Assembly (NCBI GenBank): GCA_965223545.1 | Contig: OZ245006.1 | Location: forward strand, 3,072,001-3,136,000 | Length of the DNA stretch: 64,000 nucleotides | From: Planctomycetota bacterium | GTDB lineage: Bacteria > Planctomycetota > UBA1135 > UBA2386 | Direction: 5' to 3' | In this document: positions 30,916 through 40,994 of the stretch, piece after piece | Layout: each line of letters starts with the position of its first letter | Numbering within the stretch: the stretch's first letter is position 1 | Program-made: the position numbers and the translations under genes | Notes under the pieces: generated by a model | Database searches by the model: none | What the model was told of the DNA's origin: nothing | Seen by the model: the letters and a program-made list of their open reading frames with translations, nothing else

Positions 30916-32052
30916 TCAGCGTTCGCTGAACGCGGTGATCGTCATCGTCTGGTTGTGCAGCTGGCAGGCGGCGTTCGGGGTGAACGGCGAAATCTCGCCG
31001 TACGAGTAGAACCCGGTCATCGTCGTGCCGGCGCCCAGCACCTCGCGCACGGCTTCCACCTCTTCTTCGATGCGCTGACGCAGGACGAGCTTCCGTCCGA
31101 CGCAGCTGATGAGGATCGCCAAGTCCGGCTCGGAGCTGCCGATCGCCTCGTAGCTGCTGCGGGCCGCGCCGGCGGCACCGTCCACCAAGCGGTCGAAGTT
31201 GGCCTTCATCAGCTGCGCGAAGGCTCCCTCGGGGACGTCGCCGGCAAACGTCATCGACTGCGTCTCCTCGTCGACGGCGAGGATGGTCCGCACGACGGGC
31301 GTCGCGCCGTCGCGGAACCGGACGGCCAACGGGTACAGAAGCCCGGTCGCCGGCAAGCCGTCGGCGTGCTCGCCCAAGTACTCCTTGTAGAGCGCCAGTG
31401 CGGACTTGCCATCGAGCTCGTGCAGGACGTTGCCGGTCGCCCGAGTGATCAGACGCTCCGGGCCGAAGGGATCCCAGCCACCCAGTGACGCGTAACCGAC
31501 CTTCAGGCGCTCACCGTACATGCCGAGGACTGCGACCTCGCCAGGGGCGGGGGCCTCGCCATCGGCCAGCACGAGGGTCTGCTCGAAGCGATCTCCATCA
31601 CCGGAAAGGCCGCCGGTCACGGTGACGCCCTCGGGCAGGTTGCTGGTCAGGCCGGCAACCAACTCACTGCCGTTGACCTGCAGGCCTTCGGAGATGACGA
31701 AGACGTGCACCAACCCCTCGGTGGCGAGCGATCCCGCCAGCCGCGCGCCGACCGCGTGGCTGTCGTCCGCGTCGTCCAGGTGGGCCCGCACGCACTCGAT
31801 GCGGGTGTCCTCGAATTCGACCGCGGTGGCGACCAAGGACTCGTCGCAGACTTCGATGTCGCGGATCTCGCCGGCTGTCGAGCAACCGATCACGTGCGCC
31901 TGCGGATAGGCGCTCCGCAGATCGGTCAGCCAGGTCGGGTCGCGCATGGCCGACGTACTGCCGAACGCGAACACCAGCTGCGCGGCGTTGACGCCGTTGG
32001 GTGTTTCGCTCCAACCGCCGTCCCGTTGCCAAGTTGTTTGTGAGGTCTTCAT
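30916..32052 (-). CDS. FIST signal-transduction protein
   Basis: GCSTAGEI, VTGGLSGD, GGWDPFG, LISCVGRK, GFYSYGEI, LHNQTMT. Confidence 0.93.
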   Translation of the reverse strand: MKTSQTTWQRDGGWSETPNGVNAAQLVFAFGSTSAMRDPTWLTDLRSAYPQAHVIGCSTAGEIRDIEVCDESLVATAVEFEDTRIECVRAHLDDADDSHAVGARLAGSLATEGLVHVFVISEGLQVNGSELVAGLTSNLPEGVTVTGGLSGDGDRFEQTLVLADGEAPAPGEVAVLGMYGERLKVGYASLGGWDPFGPERLITRATGNVLHELDGKSALALYKEYLGEHADGLPATGLLYPLAVRFRDGATPVVRTILAVDEETQSMTFAGDVPEGAFAQLMKANFDRLVDGAAGAARSSYEAIGSSEPDLAILISCVGRKLVLRQRIEEEVEAVREVLGAGTTMTGFYSYGEISPFTPNAACQLHNQTMTITAFSER

Positions 32053-33134
32053 GCGGGCACTCCTCGCTTCTCGCTCTCCACTTCCTCTATCACACCGATC
32101 GGCACCTCGACCGAGAAGGTCGTGCCGGTTCCCGTTTCACTCGTGACCGCGATCGCTCCGCCGTGCGCCGCCACGATGTAGCGGCTGATCGCGAGGCTGA
32201 GCCCGTGTCCGCCGCCGTGCAGATTGACCTCCCGGCAGGCGAAGGGATCGAACACGCGCGGCTGGAACTCCGCCGGGATGCCGTCGCCATTGTCGTGCAC
32301 GGTGAGCCGCAGCGTGTTGTCGTCCCCACTCAACTCGACGCGCACGTCTTGCCCGGCGCGGCTCGCGTTGTCGAGCAGCGCGGCGACGACGAACCGCAGG
32401 TGGCGGCCATCGACCATCGCGGTGACCGGCTGCAGCTCGGTGGTGAAGTTCACCTTGGCGGACTTGCTCTTGCACTTGTCGACCGCCTCGGTCACGAGCG
32501 CCGCCATGTCCTCGCGCTCGCGCTTGACTCCGCTCACCCCCGCCTGGAACGCGCACAGCATGGTGACCTTCTGCACGAAGCGATCGAGTCGGTCGACGCT
32601 GGCCAGCGCCATCTCGACCAGCATGTCGCGCTCCGAGTCGTCCATGCGCTTCTGCTGCATGAGTTCGAGCGGCACGCGAATGGTCGTCATCGGCGTGTTG
32701 AGCTCGTGGCTCAGCAGCGCGATCACATCCGACTTCATCGTCGCAATCTCTTCCGCCCGGCTGAGCTGGAGGTAGACCTTGACCTTCGCCACCAGCTCGT
32801 CCTCGTCGAACGGCTTGGTGATGTAGTCGTCCGCGCCGGCCGCGTAGCCGGCGACGCGCTCGGCGGCCATCGCCTTAGCCGAGACCATGACGATCTTGGC
32901 GCTCTTGGTCTCCGGCAAGTCCCGCAACCGGCGGCACGTCTCGTAGCCGTCGATGCCCGGCATCATGATGTCGAGCAGGATCAGCGCAGGCCGGAACGTC
33001 GGCGCGATCTTCAACGCCTCGTGACCCGAGGCCGCGGTCGCCAGCTCGTAGTGATCGCCCAATGCGATCTCGAGGATGGTCAGGTTGACCGGGTGGTCAT
33101 CCACCAACAGGATGCGGTCTCTGCTCTCTTTCAC
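32049..33134 (-). CDS. Hybrid response regulator-histidine kinase (REC-HisKA-HATPase)
   Basis: ILLVDDH, LLDIMMP, YITKPF, SHELNTP, DNGDGI, GHGLSLAI; GTG start inferred. Confidence 0.88.
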   Translation of the reverse strand: MKESRDRILLVDDHPVNLTILEIALGDHYELATAASGHEALKIAPTFRPALILLDIMMPGIDGYETCRRLRDLPETKSAKIVMVSAKAMAAERVAGYAAGADDYITKPFDEDELVAKVKVYLQLSRAEEIATMKSDVIALLSHELNTPMTTIRVPLELMQQKRMDDSERDMLVEMALASVDRLDRFVQKVTMLCAFQAGVSGVKREREDMAALVTEAVDKCKSKSAKVNFTTELQPVTAMVDGRHLRFVVAALLDNASRAGQDVRVELSGDDNTLRLTVHDNGDGIPAEFQPRVFDPFACREVNLHGGGHGLSLAISRYIVAAHGGAIAVTSETGTGTTFSVEVPIGVIEEVESEKRGVPA

Positions 33135-33325
33135 GGCTTTCTCCCGACGTGGCCGAACCTCGGGACCCTGTCCCGATGGCCGGAGGGTAGATCGGGTACG
33201 GTCCCTAGGCGACTTGACGTCGGAGCTGTCGATTTCCGCGTCGGCGCGTGGCGCGGCGGCACTCAAGACCCCGGGGCGAAGAACCGACAACACGATCGGG
33301 GGAGCCACTTACGGCTAGATCGCCG

Positions 33326-34522
33326 ATGAGCAGGATTGGAATCGCGCTGGCGTCCGGCAGTGACGCCGCTTCAACGACCGCCGACGCCACGCAGCGTGCG
33401 GCCAAAGACCTCGGCTGCGCGCCGGAGCTGGCGCTGGTCTTCTCGACGGACGGCTACCCCGCCGACGCCGTGCTGAGCACGCTGCGTGACCTGCTTGGCG
33501 ACGTTCCGGTCGCCGGCTGTCAGGCCCCCGGCGTGCTGTGCGGCGACGCCGTGACGCACGACGGCATCGGCGTCTTGGTCGCGGGCGGCGGCCAGCTGAC
33601 GATGCACTCCGCCGCTGCGGAAGGCGCCAACGTGGACTCGGCGGCGGCGGGAGCTCGATCGGCCGAGGCCGCCTTGGACGCCCTCGACGAAAGCCACCAA
33701 TCGCCCGAGTTCGAAACCTCGGTGCTGCTGGCGTTTCCGGACGCGATCGCCGGCAACCCGTGCGCCGCGCTTCGCGGCCTCAACTCATCGGTCGGTGGCA
33801 CGGTGCGCGTCGTCGGCGGCGGGGCAGGCGACAACCTGCGTTTCGAGAGCACCTACCAGTACGCGGATCGCGCGCACACCGGGGCCGTGGTCAGCGCTGC
33901 CCTGTCGGCATCCCGCCCGATCGGCACGGCCCTGCGGCACGGCTGTTCCGCGTGGGGCCCCCCGATGAAGGTGACCCGGTGCGATGGGAAGCTCCTGCAA
34001 GAGCTGGAGTGGGAGCCCGCCTACGAGCACTACGTGCGCGTCGTCGAGCAGGTTTCGGGCGAAGTCGTCGCCGCAGACACCTTCCAGAGCTACGCGCTCT
34101 TGCACCCACTCGGCTTGCCCCAAGAAGACGGCAACTTCGTGCTCCGTTCACCGTTCTCCCCCGGTGCCAGTGGAGAGATTCACTGCTGCTCCGACATCCC
34201 CTCCGACGGCGTCGCGCGCATCATGGTCGGGGACGAGGATTCGCTGCTGACCGCGGCTCACGATGCGGGCGCCGCGGCGGTCGCCGCCGTCGACGGTGCA
34301 CCCGCCGCAGCTCTGGTCTTTGCCTGCGTGTCCCGCGACCTCGTGCTGGGCGGAGCGGCCCAGGACGTCAGCCGAGAGCTCGCCGCAGTGCGCCGCGCCG
34401 TGGGTAGGGAGACACCGGTGTTCGGCTGCTTGACCTTTGGCCAAATCGGCACGCTCGGCGGGGGCTTGCCCCAGTTTCACTCCAAGTCGATCCAGGTGGT
34501 CGCGCTGCCGTCGGCAGCCTGA
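33326..34522 (+). CDS. FIST signal-transduction protein (second, divergent copy)
   Basis: VGGGAGDN, HGCSAWG, VFACVSR, GCLTFGQI, FHSKS. Confidence 0.88.
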   Translation: MSRIGIALASGSDAASTTADATQRAAKDLGCAPELALVFSTDGYPADAVLSTLRDLLGDVPVAGCQAPGVLCGDAVTHDGIGVLVAGGGQLTMHSAAAEGANVDSAAAGARSAEAALDALDESHQSPEFETSVLLAFPDAIAGNPCAALRGLNSSVGGTVRVVGGGAGDNLRFESTYQYADRAHTGAVVSAALSASRPIGTALRHGCSAWGPPMKVTRCDGKLLQELEWEPAYEHYVRVVEQVSGEVVAADTFQSYALLHPLGLPQEDGNFVLRSPFSPGASGEIHCCSDIPSDGVARIMVGDEDSLLTAAHDAGAAAVAAVDGAPAAALVFACVSRDLVLGGAAQDVSRELAAVRRAVGRETPVFGCLTFGQIGTLGGGLPQFHSKSIQVVALPSAA

Positions 34523-34539
34523 GCCACCACGCGTGTTCG

Positions 34540-36630
34540 ATGGCAGAGCCCGGCGCGCGCGACTCCGATCCGGCCGAGCGCTCGTTCGCCGAGCTCTCGG
34601 TGCTGTACGAGCTGACGGCCACGCTGGCCGACTCGCTCGACGGCAGCAGCGGCCTCGACGACTTTGCCGAGAAGTTGTCGCGCGTGCTGTGCGCCGAGAT
34701 CGTCGCGGTATTCACCGGCCCGGATCCGCGCGAGCTGTCGATCCGCGCCGCTGTCGGAGTACGGCGCAAGCACTACGAAATGCGCATTCCGCTCGACCTC
34801 CTCACTGAACTGCGCCAGTCGGGACCGGAGTGCCGGATCAGCTTTCCCGAGTCCGAGACGACCGATGAGGTCGAGACGGCAACGGCCGCCCGCGCGCAAT
34901 TGTGGCGGTTCAATCCGCGGATTGCTTGCGGTGCGGCGTTCCTGCTGCACACCGGCCGCGGCACTCTGGGCGTGCTCCTGGTCGGCAAAGTCGACGCGAC
35001 ACCATTCGCCCGTGGCACGCTCGGCATGATCGCCACGATGGCGCGCCGGGTCTCCGTGGTCCTGCACCACGCCCGCACCCGCGGTGAGCTCGAAGCGAAC
35101 GAGCAGAAGTACCGGACGCTGATGATGAGCGCCTCGGATGCGATCCTGGTCTACGACCCCGAGCGGGACGAGCTCGTCGACTACAATGCCGCCGCCGCGC
35201 GGCTGATCGGGATCGAGACGGATGTCGACCTGTTCGCCAGCGGCGCGCCGCTGTTGATGACGCACTTGCGGGCGCTCGGCGAGCTGCAGCGCGATGGTCA
35301 ACGAACCAACGCGTCGAGCCTGCCGATGGAGTGGCCGATCACCGGCCCGACCGGCACGCTGTTTCTCGACGCCGCCGCGTGCCCGGTCACGGTCGCCGGA
35401 CGCACCATGCTGCTGGTGACGGCGCGAGACGTCACGCGCCGGCGCCGAATGGAGAACGCGATGATCGAGGCCCGGGAGCGCGCCGAGGCAGCGACGCGGG
35501 CGAAGTCGGCGTTCTTGGCCAACATGAGCCACGAGATTCGGACACCGCTCGCCGGCATCATCGGCCTCGCGAGCATCCTGCAAGAGAGTGATCTGGAGAG
35601 CTCCGAGCAGCAAATGGTCGCCACCCTGGCGAACTCGGCCGAGGCTCTGTTGCGCATCCTGAACGACGTGCTCGACATGTCGAAGATCGAAGCCGGTCAG
35701 ATCGAGATCGAGCACACCGACTTCGACCTGCACGCGACCGTCGCCGACGTCCGCGACCTACTGGCGCAAATGGCAGCGGAGAAGGCGATCGACATCCGCT
35801 GCTCGATCGACGACGACGTGCCGCGGCACGTCAGCGGCGATCCACTGCGGCTGCGCCAGGTGTTGCTCAACCTCGGCTCCAACGCGGTCAAGTTCACCGC
35901 CGAGGGCGGTGTCCATATCGCCGTGCGGACGACCGCTCGGACGCGGCCCGACCGCACCGCGCTCCGGGTCGCGGTCGATGACACCGGTGTCGGCATCGCA
36001 CCCGAGGTCGCCCCCCAATTGTTCACTGCCTTCAGCCAGGCCGACTCCTCGACCGCCCGGCGCTTCGGCGGCACCGGGCTGGGGCTTGCCATCTGCAAAC
36101 AGCTCGTCCAACTGCAAGGTGGCCGCATCGGCTTCGAGCACTTGTCAGGAGGGACACGCTTCTGGTTCGAACTCGACTACGCGGTCGCGGACACACCGAG
36201 ACCGGTCCGGGCGCCGACCGAGGCCGTACCGGTCCCGGAGAGCGACATCCTGATCGTCGACGACAACGACATCAACCTCCGCGTCGCGGCCACGATCCTG
36301 ACCAAGCAAGGCCATCGAGTGGTGACTGCATGCTCGGCGGTCGAGGCCTTCTGCCAGCTCGAAAGCCGCCACTTCGACCTGATCTTCATGGACTGCCAGA
36401 TGCCGGGGATGGACGGCTACGAGGCAACGCGACAGATCCGCGAGGGGGTCGGCGATCACGCCTCGACACCGATCATCGCCCTCACCGCGAACGCGCTGAG
36501 CGGCGATCGCGAACGCTGCCTGGAAGCCGGCATGGACGATTTCTTGGCCAAGCCAGCGCGCGCCGCGGACTTCTTCGCGGCAACGCAGCGGTGGCTGACG
36601 ACGATGAAGGCGAGCGCGCGCCAGCGCTGA
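34540..36630 (+). CDS. Hybrid sensor kinase (GAF-like - PAS - HisKA - HATPase - REC)
   Basis: FLANMSHEIRTP, NLGSNAVKFT, FGGTGLGL, ILIVDDN, FMDCQMP, FLAKP. Confidence 0.93.
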   Translation: MAEPGARDSDPAERSFAELSVLYELTATLADSLDGSSGLDDFAEKLSRVLCAEIVAVFTGPDPRELSIRAAVGVRRKHYEMRIPLDLLTELRQSGPECRISFPESETTDEVETATAARAQLWRFNPRIACGAAFLLHTGRGTLGVLLVGKVDATPFARGTLGMIATMARRVSVVLHHARTRGELEANEQKYRTLMMSASDAILVYDPERDELVDYNAAAARLIGIETDVDLFASGAPLLMTHLRALGELQRDGQRTNASSLPMEWPITGPTGTLFLDAAACPVTVAGRTMLLVTARDVTRRRRMENAMIEARERAEAATRAKSAFLANMSHEIRTPLAGIIGLASILQESDLESSEQQMVATLANSAEALLRILNDVLDMSKIEAGQIEIEHTDFDLHATVADVRDLLAQMAAEKAIDIRCSIDDDVPRHVSGDPLRLRQVLLNLGSNAVKFTAEGGVHIAVRTTARTRPDRTALRVAVDDTGVGIAPEVAPQLFTAFSQADSSTARRFGGTGLGLAICKQLVQLQGGRIGFEHLSGGTRFWFELDYAVADTPRPVRAPTEAVPVPESDILIVDDNDINLRVAATILTKQGHRVVTACSAVEAFCQLESRHFDLIFMDCQMPGMDGYEATRQIREGVGDHASTPIIALTANALSGDRERCLEAGMDDFLAKPARAADFFAATQRWLTTMKASARQR

Positions 36631-36739
36631 GCGACCGGGTCCGACAAGAGTCGAGCGGCGACGGCGCTCTCGAGACGGCGCTGCCTTCGCGGTTGATTCC
36701 GGCCAAGCCTGCTCAGCGACTCCCCGGACCGCGCACCGC

Positions 36740-37387
36740 CTACTTCGGCAGGCCGAGCTTGTCGAGCTTGGGCGCGATCACTGCGCGGCAGTAGCCCTGG
36801 CTCCGGTTGGCGAAGTAGTAGTCCTGGTGATAGGGCTCCGCCTCATAGAAGGTCGAGGCGGCGGTGATCTCGGTGACGATCGGCGCCGCGAAGTTCGCCT
36901 GGGCGGCGCGCATCGACACGCGCGCCGCTTCGGCCTGCTCGGGCGAGTGGTAGAACACGGCGGATCGATACTGGGTGCCGACGTCCGCTCCCTGCCGGTT
37001 CAGGGTCGTCGGATCGTGCAGCTGCCAGAACCACTCCATGACTGCGGCGAAGCTGATAACGCTCGGGTCGAAGACGACCTGCACGACCTCGGCGTGGCCG
37101 GTCTGCCCGGTGCAGACTTGCTCGTAGGTCGGATCCGGGATCTCGCCTCCCATGTACCCCGAGCGCACCTCGCGCACGCCTTCGACCTGCTGCAACACGG
37201 CTTCTACACACCAGAAGCAGCCCGCGCCGAGCGTCACCACTTCGGTGCCGCTCTGTGGCGGCGTTGTCGATGTTTCCTGCACACTGCCCTCGCTTCCACT
37301 TCCAGAGGAGCCGACCGCGAGATCGATCGCCGAGTTTGAGCACGCCGTCGCCAACAACAGAATCAAGACCGGAATCGACCGGGCCAC
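36740..37387 (-). CDS. msrA: Peptide-methionine (S)-S-oxide reductase, probable lipoprotein
   Basis: GAGCFWCVE, GHAEVVQ, RQGADVGTQYRS, AEPYHQDY, GYC; N-terminal LLLATAC lipobox; start approximate. Confidence 0.92.
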   Translation of the reverse strand: MARSIPVLILLLATACSNSAIDLAVGSSGSGSEGSVQETSTTPPQSGTEVVTLGAGCFWCVEAVLQQVEGVREVRSGYMGGEIPDPTYEQVCTGQTGHAEVVQVVFDPSVISFAAVMEWFWQLHDPTTLNRQGADVGTQYRSAVFYHSPEQAEAARVSMRAAQANFAAPIVTEITAASTFYEAEPYHQDYYFANRSQGYCRAVIAPKLDKLGLPK

Positions 37388-37436
37388 GGCCGTGGTCCAG
37401 CTCGCGATCCTCTGACACGTTAGGCTGTTGTCCATC

Positions 37437-38354
37437 ATGTTCACCACCGCAACTCTGCTCGGTTCGTTGGCGCTCGCGGCCTGTGCCGTCGCGCAGCCGA
37501 AGCTCGAACAACTCTACGAAGAGCATCGAGCCACGGTCCCGGGCAATCGACAAAGCGAACCCATTGTCCGGTCCTATCGGCTGATGCGACCGGAGACGGA
37601 ACCCGAGCAGAGCTATCCACTGGTGCTGTTCCTGCACGGCGCGGGCGAGCGAGGCAGCGACAATTCGCGCCAACTCCGACACCTACCGGCATGGCTCGCC
37701 AGCGAGCGAGCGCGCCGAGAGCACCCCTGCTACGTCTTGGCCCCACAGTGCGCCCCGGGCGAATGGTGGGTCGATGGGGACGCGCGGCGCGCGCTGCGAT
37801 CCGACGCGCCGGTCGACGCGAGCCCGTCCAATTCGCTCCGGGCCGCGCTGGCAGCACTGGAGGACGTGATGCGCCGCGAGCCGGTCGACCCGGACCGGGT
37901 CTACTTGACCGGCCTGTCGATGGGCGGGTTCGGCGCATGGGAGCTGGCGATGCGCGAGCCCGAGCGCTTCGCCGCGCTCCTGCCAATCTGCGGCGGAGGT
38001 GACGCCCGCCGCGCCGCCGCACTCAAGACGATGCCGATCTGGGCGTTCCACGGCGCCGAGGATCCCGTCGTCCCACTGCGCCTGTCCCGCCTCATGGTCG
38101 AGGCCGTGCGCAGAGCGGGCGGCTCCGCCAAGCTGACCGAGCTCGACGGCGTCGGCCACGACGCGTGGACCCACGCGTACCGCCGGAGCGGCGCACTGGC
38201 GTGGCTCTTCGAGCAACGCCGCACGGCTGCCGCCGCGGCACCCTCCGGCGACGCGGCTGCGGACCGCGCGCCGAAGAGGCAGGACCCGCCCGCTCACTCG
38301 TACCAGCGAACGGCCGCCAACCGACGCTCGGCAGCGGGGGCGTCGGGGTCGTAG
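37437..38354 (+). CDS. Alpha/beta-hydrolase (predicted peptidase/phospholipase), probable lipoprotein
   Basis: LALAAC lipobox, PLVLFLHGAGERG, GLSMGG nucleophile, FHGAED, GHDAW. Confidence 0.88.
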   Translation: MFTTATLLGSLALAACAVAQPKLEQLYEEHRATVPGNRQSEPIVRSYRLMRPETEPEQSYPLVLFLHGAGERGSDNSRQLRHLPAWLASERARREHPCYVLAPQCAPGEWWVDGDARRALRSDAPVDASPSNSLRAALAALEDVMRREPVDPDRVYLTGLSMGGFGAWELAMREPERFAALLPICGGGDARRAAALKTMPIWAFHGAEDPVVPLRLSRLMVEAVRRAGGSAKLTELDGVGHDAWTHAYRRSGALAWLFEQRRTAAAAAPSGDAAADRAPKRQDPPAHSYQRTAANRRSAAGASGS

Positions 38355-40882
38355 CCCCGGGTCTCGCCAAAGCGACGCTGCAGCGCCTCGATGGCCAACC
38401 TCCTGGTGCCCTCGTCCGCCGACATCAACAGGCCGGCGAGATCGTTCTTCGCGGTGTCTTCACCGAGTTGAAGCCGGGTCCGCGCGACCTGCATCAGCAA
38501 GCGGTCGATGACCAAACCCTGCGGCACGCGTCCCTGAGCGCGCAAGGTGAGCAGCCGGTCCTGGTAGCGACTCAGCGCGGGCAGGTTGGCCGCGTCACCG
38601 CAGCTCTCCAGCGCCCAGCACGCCCAGGCGGCCACCGCGACCACCGGGTCGCGCAAAGTCGAGGCGAGCACCGGCGCGGCGTTGCCGCTGCCGATGTTGC
38701 CCAGGCACTCGCAAATCCGCGCGCGCTTGAGGTCGAAGCCGGCAGGGAACTTCAGCCCCTGGATGAGCGCCGGGACCGCCGACTCGCCCATCGCCAGCAG
38801 CTCGTCGACCAACTCTTGGTCGTCGCCGCCGGGCACGGTGCCCGCGCCGCCGCCCAGCTTCGACACCAGGCTGAACGCGTGCGCATGCGTCCGCGCATCC
38901 GGCCGCGGCGGCCGGCGCAGCACGTCGGCTCCACCGCTCTCGGCCCACCGCGCCTGCAGCAGCGCCAACGCCGCCAACCGCTCGTCGCGCGGCATGAACG
39001 GGTCGTAGCCCTCGTGCATGGCCGTCACCGCGAAGAAGGCCTCGAACGCCGCTTCGCGCAGCAGGTCGTCGGTCAGGTCGAGCTGCTCGAGCAGCACCGG
39101 GATGCCGGCCGGCGAGCCCATCGCCGCGGCCGCCTCTGCCAGGTCGCGCCGTGTTTCCAACCACGGCGCGGCGCGCAAGGCCGCTTCGATCGCCGGCAAC
39201 GCCTCGCGGTCGTCGAACAGCGCCAGCGCGCGCGCCGCGGCGCGGACCACGTCGGGATCACCGTCCGCCAAGAGCGGTCGCACCGCCGCCGCGTGTTGTT
39301 TGCCGTACAACAAGCCGAGCGTCTCCGCCGCACCGGCCCGATCGAGCGGCTGCGCCGCATCGAGGTCGTCCGCCAGCGCCGCCAGCGCGGCTTCCTTGTG
39401 CTCGCCCCAGGCAAACCGCGCCGCCAACTCTCGCGCATGGACCCGCACGTAGAGCTGCTCGTGATCCATGGCGGCGAGCAACGCCGGCGCAGCAGGGGCG
39501 CCGATGCGCTGCAGCACGCTCTGCGCCTGCTTCCACGTCTTGTTGTCCCACGACCCCAGCGCTTCGATCAACGCCGGCACCGCGGCGGCGCCGATCTCCA
39601 CCAACCGCGCTTGCGCGCGCCGGTTGCCCTCCGGCACGGGGAACTGGAACATCTCGATCAGCTTGGCGATGGTCGCATCGTCCGCGCCCTCGGGAACATC
39701 GACGGCGACCGTGCCGATCGGCGGTCTCGCGTAGTCGACGAGGTGCGCCGGGCCCGCCGCCTCGGCGGCGATCCCCTCCGGAGTCTGCACTCTCACGTCG
39801 GGTGCAGAGACGACCTCCTTGTCGGACGGCGTCACGCCGGCGAACGCCAACCGCCGCACCTCGAGCCGCCGCGCCAGATCCGGATGGTGATCCTCGATCG
39901 GGTAGTAGAGCTTGAAGTGCAACTCGCAGTCCACCGTGCCGTCCGCGACGCGGATCGGCACCCGGTGCTCGCGGCTCTCGCCGGCGGGGATCTGCGTGTT
40001 GACCGGCAGCTTCATCCCGTAGGGACGCTTGTAGGGATCGCGAAACACCATGCGCGATCGCGAGACCTCGGCGCCACTCTCGTCGCGCACGACGATCAGG
40101 GACTCGACCGACCGCTGCTTGAGCTCGGTCGGAAAGTTGTGCCCCGTACCGGTGTTGGCGATCACGACGACCGCTTCGTTGCCCTCGATCCTGGCCTCGT
40201 AGTCGTACGCGCGCCGCAGCTGCTGTTCACTGCGCGCACCGGGGAAAGCATGGCTCCGCACCCGGCTCGGCGGCTGGCCGACCGCGACCGGCCGCTCGAC
40301 AACCTGCATGTGGCACGTCATGCACTTGCGACCGCGCGCCTTTCCGGTCGGCGCGATCTCCCACTGATACGGAGTGCCGTGGTTGCGGTGGCAAGACGCA
40401 CAGGCCTCCACCGTGCCGACCTGGTCGTGGAAGGCCGTTTTGCACTCCGCCCCACCCTGGAACTGCCCATAGTCGTAGTCGGGCTTCCAGTGGCACGTCA
40501 TGCACGTGTTGCCCTCCTCCAGGTTGTGATGCCGCCGCAACGGGTTCATGCCGATGCCCGTCTCGAAGATCGGGCGCGGCGTATGGCAGCGGATGCAATC
40601 ACCGTGATCGAACCGGCCCGTGGCCAGCCTGGCCTCCTCGTCGGTGAACGCGCGGCCGTGGGTATTCTGCGCGTGCTCGGCGTAGATCGCCGGGTGGCAC
40701 CCAGCGCAAAAGACGCTCTTCATCACCTCCGCCTCGTGCGCCTGCCGCTCGGCCGGGTCCTGCGCAACCGCCGCCGGGGCGGGCTGCGCCCCCACGAACG
40801 AACCGGATCGGTCGACCAGTAGAGTGCAGAGGAGAACCGGTAGGCCGGCGGCCGCCGGCACGAGAAGTCGCATTGGCTTCAT
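38294..40882 (-). CDS. Exported multiheme (5x CxxCH) cytochrome c fused to HEAT repeats
   Basis: CAGCH, CIRCH, CMTCH, CASCH, CMTCH; HAFPG and GHNFPT; C-terminal HEAT repeats (AVPALIEAL, VVRAAARAL). Confidence 0.88.
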   Translation of the reverse strand: MKPMRLLVPAAAGLPVLLCTLLVDRSGSFVGAQPAPAAVAQDPAERQAHEAEVMKSVFCAGCHPAIYAEHAQNTHGRAFTDEEARLATGRFDHGDCIRCHTPRPIFETGIGMNPLRRHHNLEEGNTCMTCHWKPDYDYGQFQGGAECKTAFHDQVGTVEACASCHRNHGTPYQWEIAPTGKARGRKCMTCHMQVVERPVAVGQPPSRVRSHAFPGARSEQQLRRAYDYEARIEGNEAVVVIANTGTGHNFPTELKQRSVESLIVVRDESGAEVSRSRMVFRDPYKRPYGMKLPVNTQIPAGESREHRVPIRVADGTVDCELHFKLYYPIEDHHPDLARRLEVRRLAFAGVTPSDKEVVSAPDVRVQTPEGIAAEAAGPAHLVDYARPPIGTVAVDVPEGADDATIAKLIEMFQFPVPEGNRRAQARLVEIGAAAVPALIEALGSWDNKTWKQAQSVLQRIGAPAAPALLAAMDHEQLYVRVHARELAARFAWGEHKEAALAALADDLDAAQPLDRAGAAETLGLLYGKQHAAAVRPLLADGDPDVVRAAARALALFDDREALPAIEAALRAAPWLETRRDLAEAAAAMGSPAGIPVLLEQLDLTDDLLREAAFEAFFAVTAMHEGYDPFMPRDERLAALALLQARWAESGGADVLRRPPRPDARTHAHAFSLVSKLGGGAGTVPGGDDQELVDELLAMGESAVPALIQGLKFPAGFDLKRARICECLGNIGSGNAAPVLASTLRDPVVAVAAWACWALESCGDAANLPALSRYQDRLLTLRAQGRVPQGLVIDRLLMQVARTRLQLGEDTAKNDLAGLLMSADEGTRRLAIEALQRRFGETRGYDPDAPAAERRLAAVRWYE

Positions 40883-40994
40883 GAATCGCGGGATGAGCGG
40901 GCGCGGACCGCGGGGGAGGGGACCGGACACGATGAGTGTTAGCGCCGGAATCCGGGGTCGGCAACCCCGGAAACCCCGTTCGCCGCCGCGGCGC

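Noticed and set aside
38294..38354. Convergent 3' overlaps (61 bp here; also 22453-22484 and 51397-51419)
   Set aside because: Short tail-to-tail overlaps with low-complexity tails are common in high-GC genomes.
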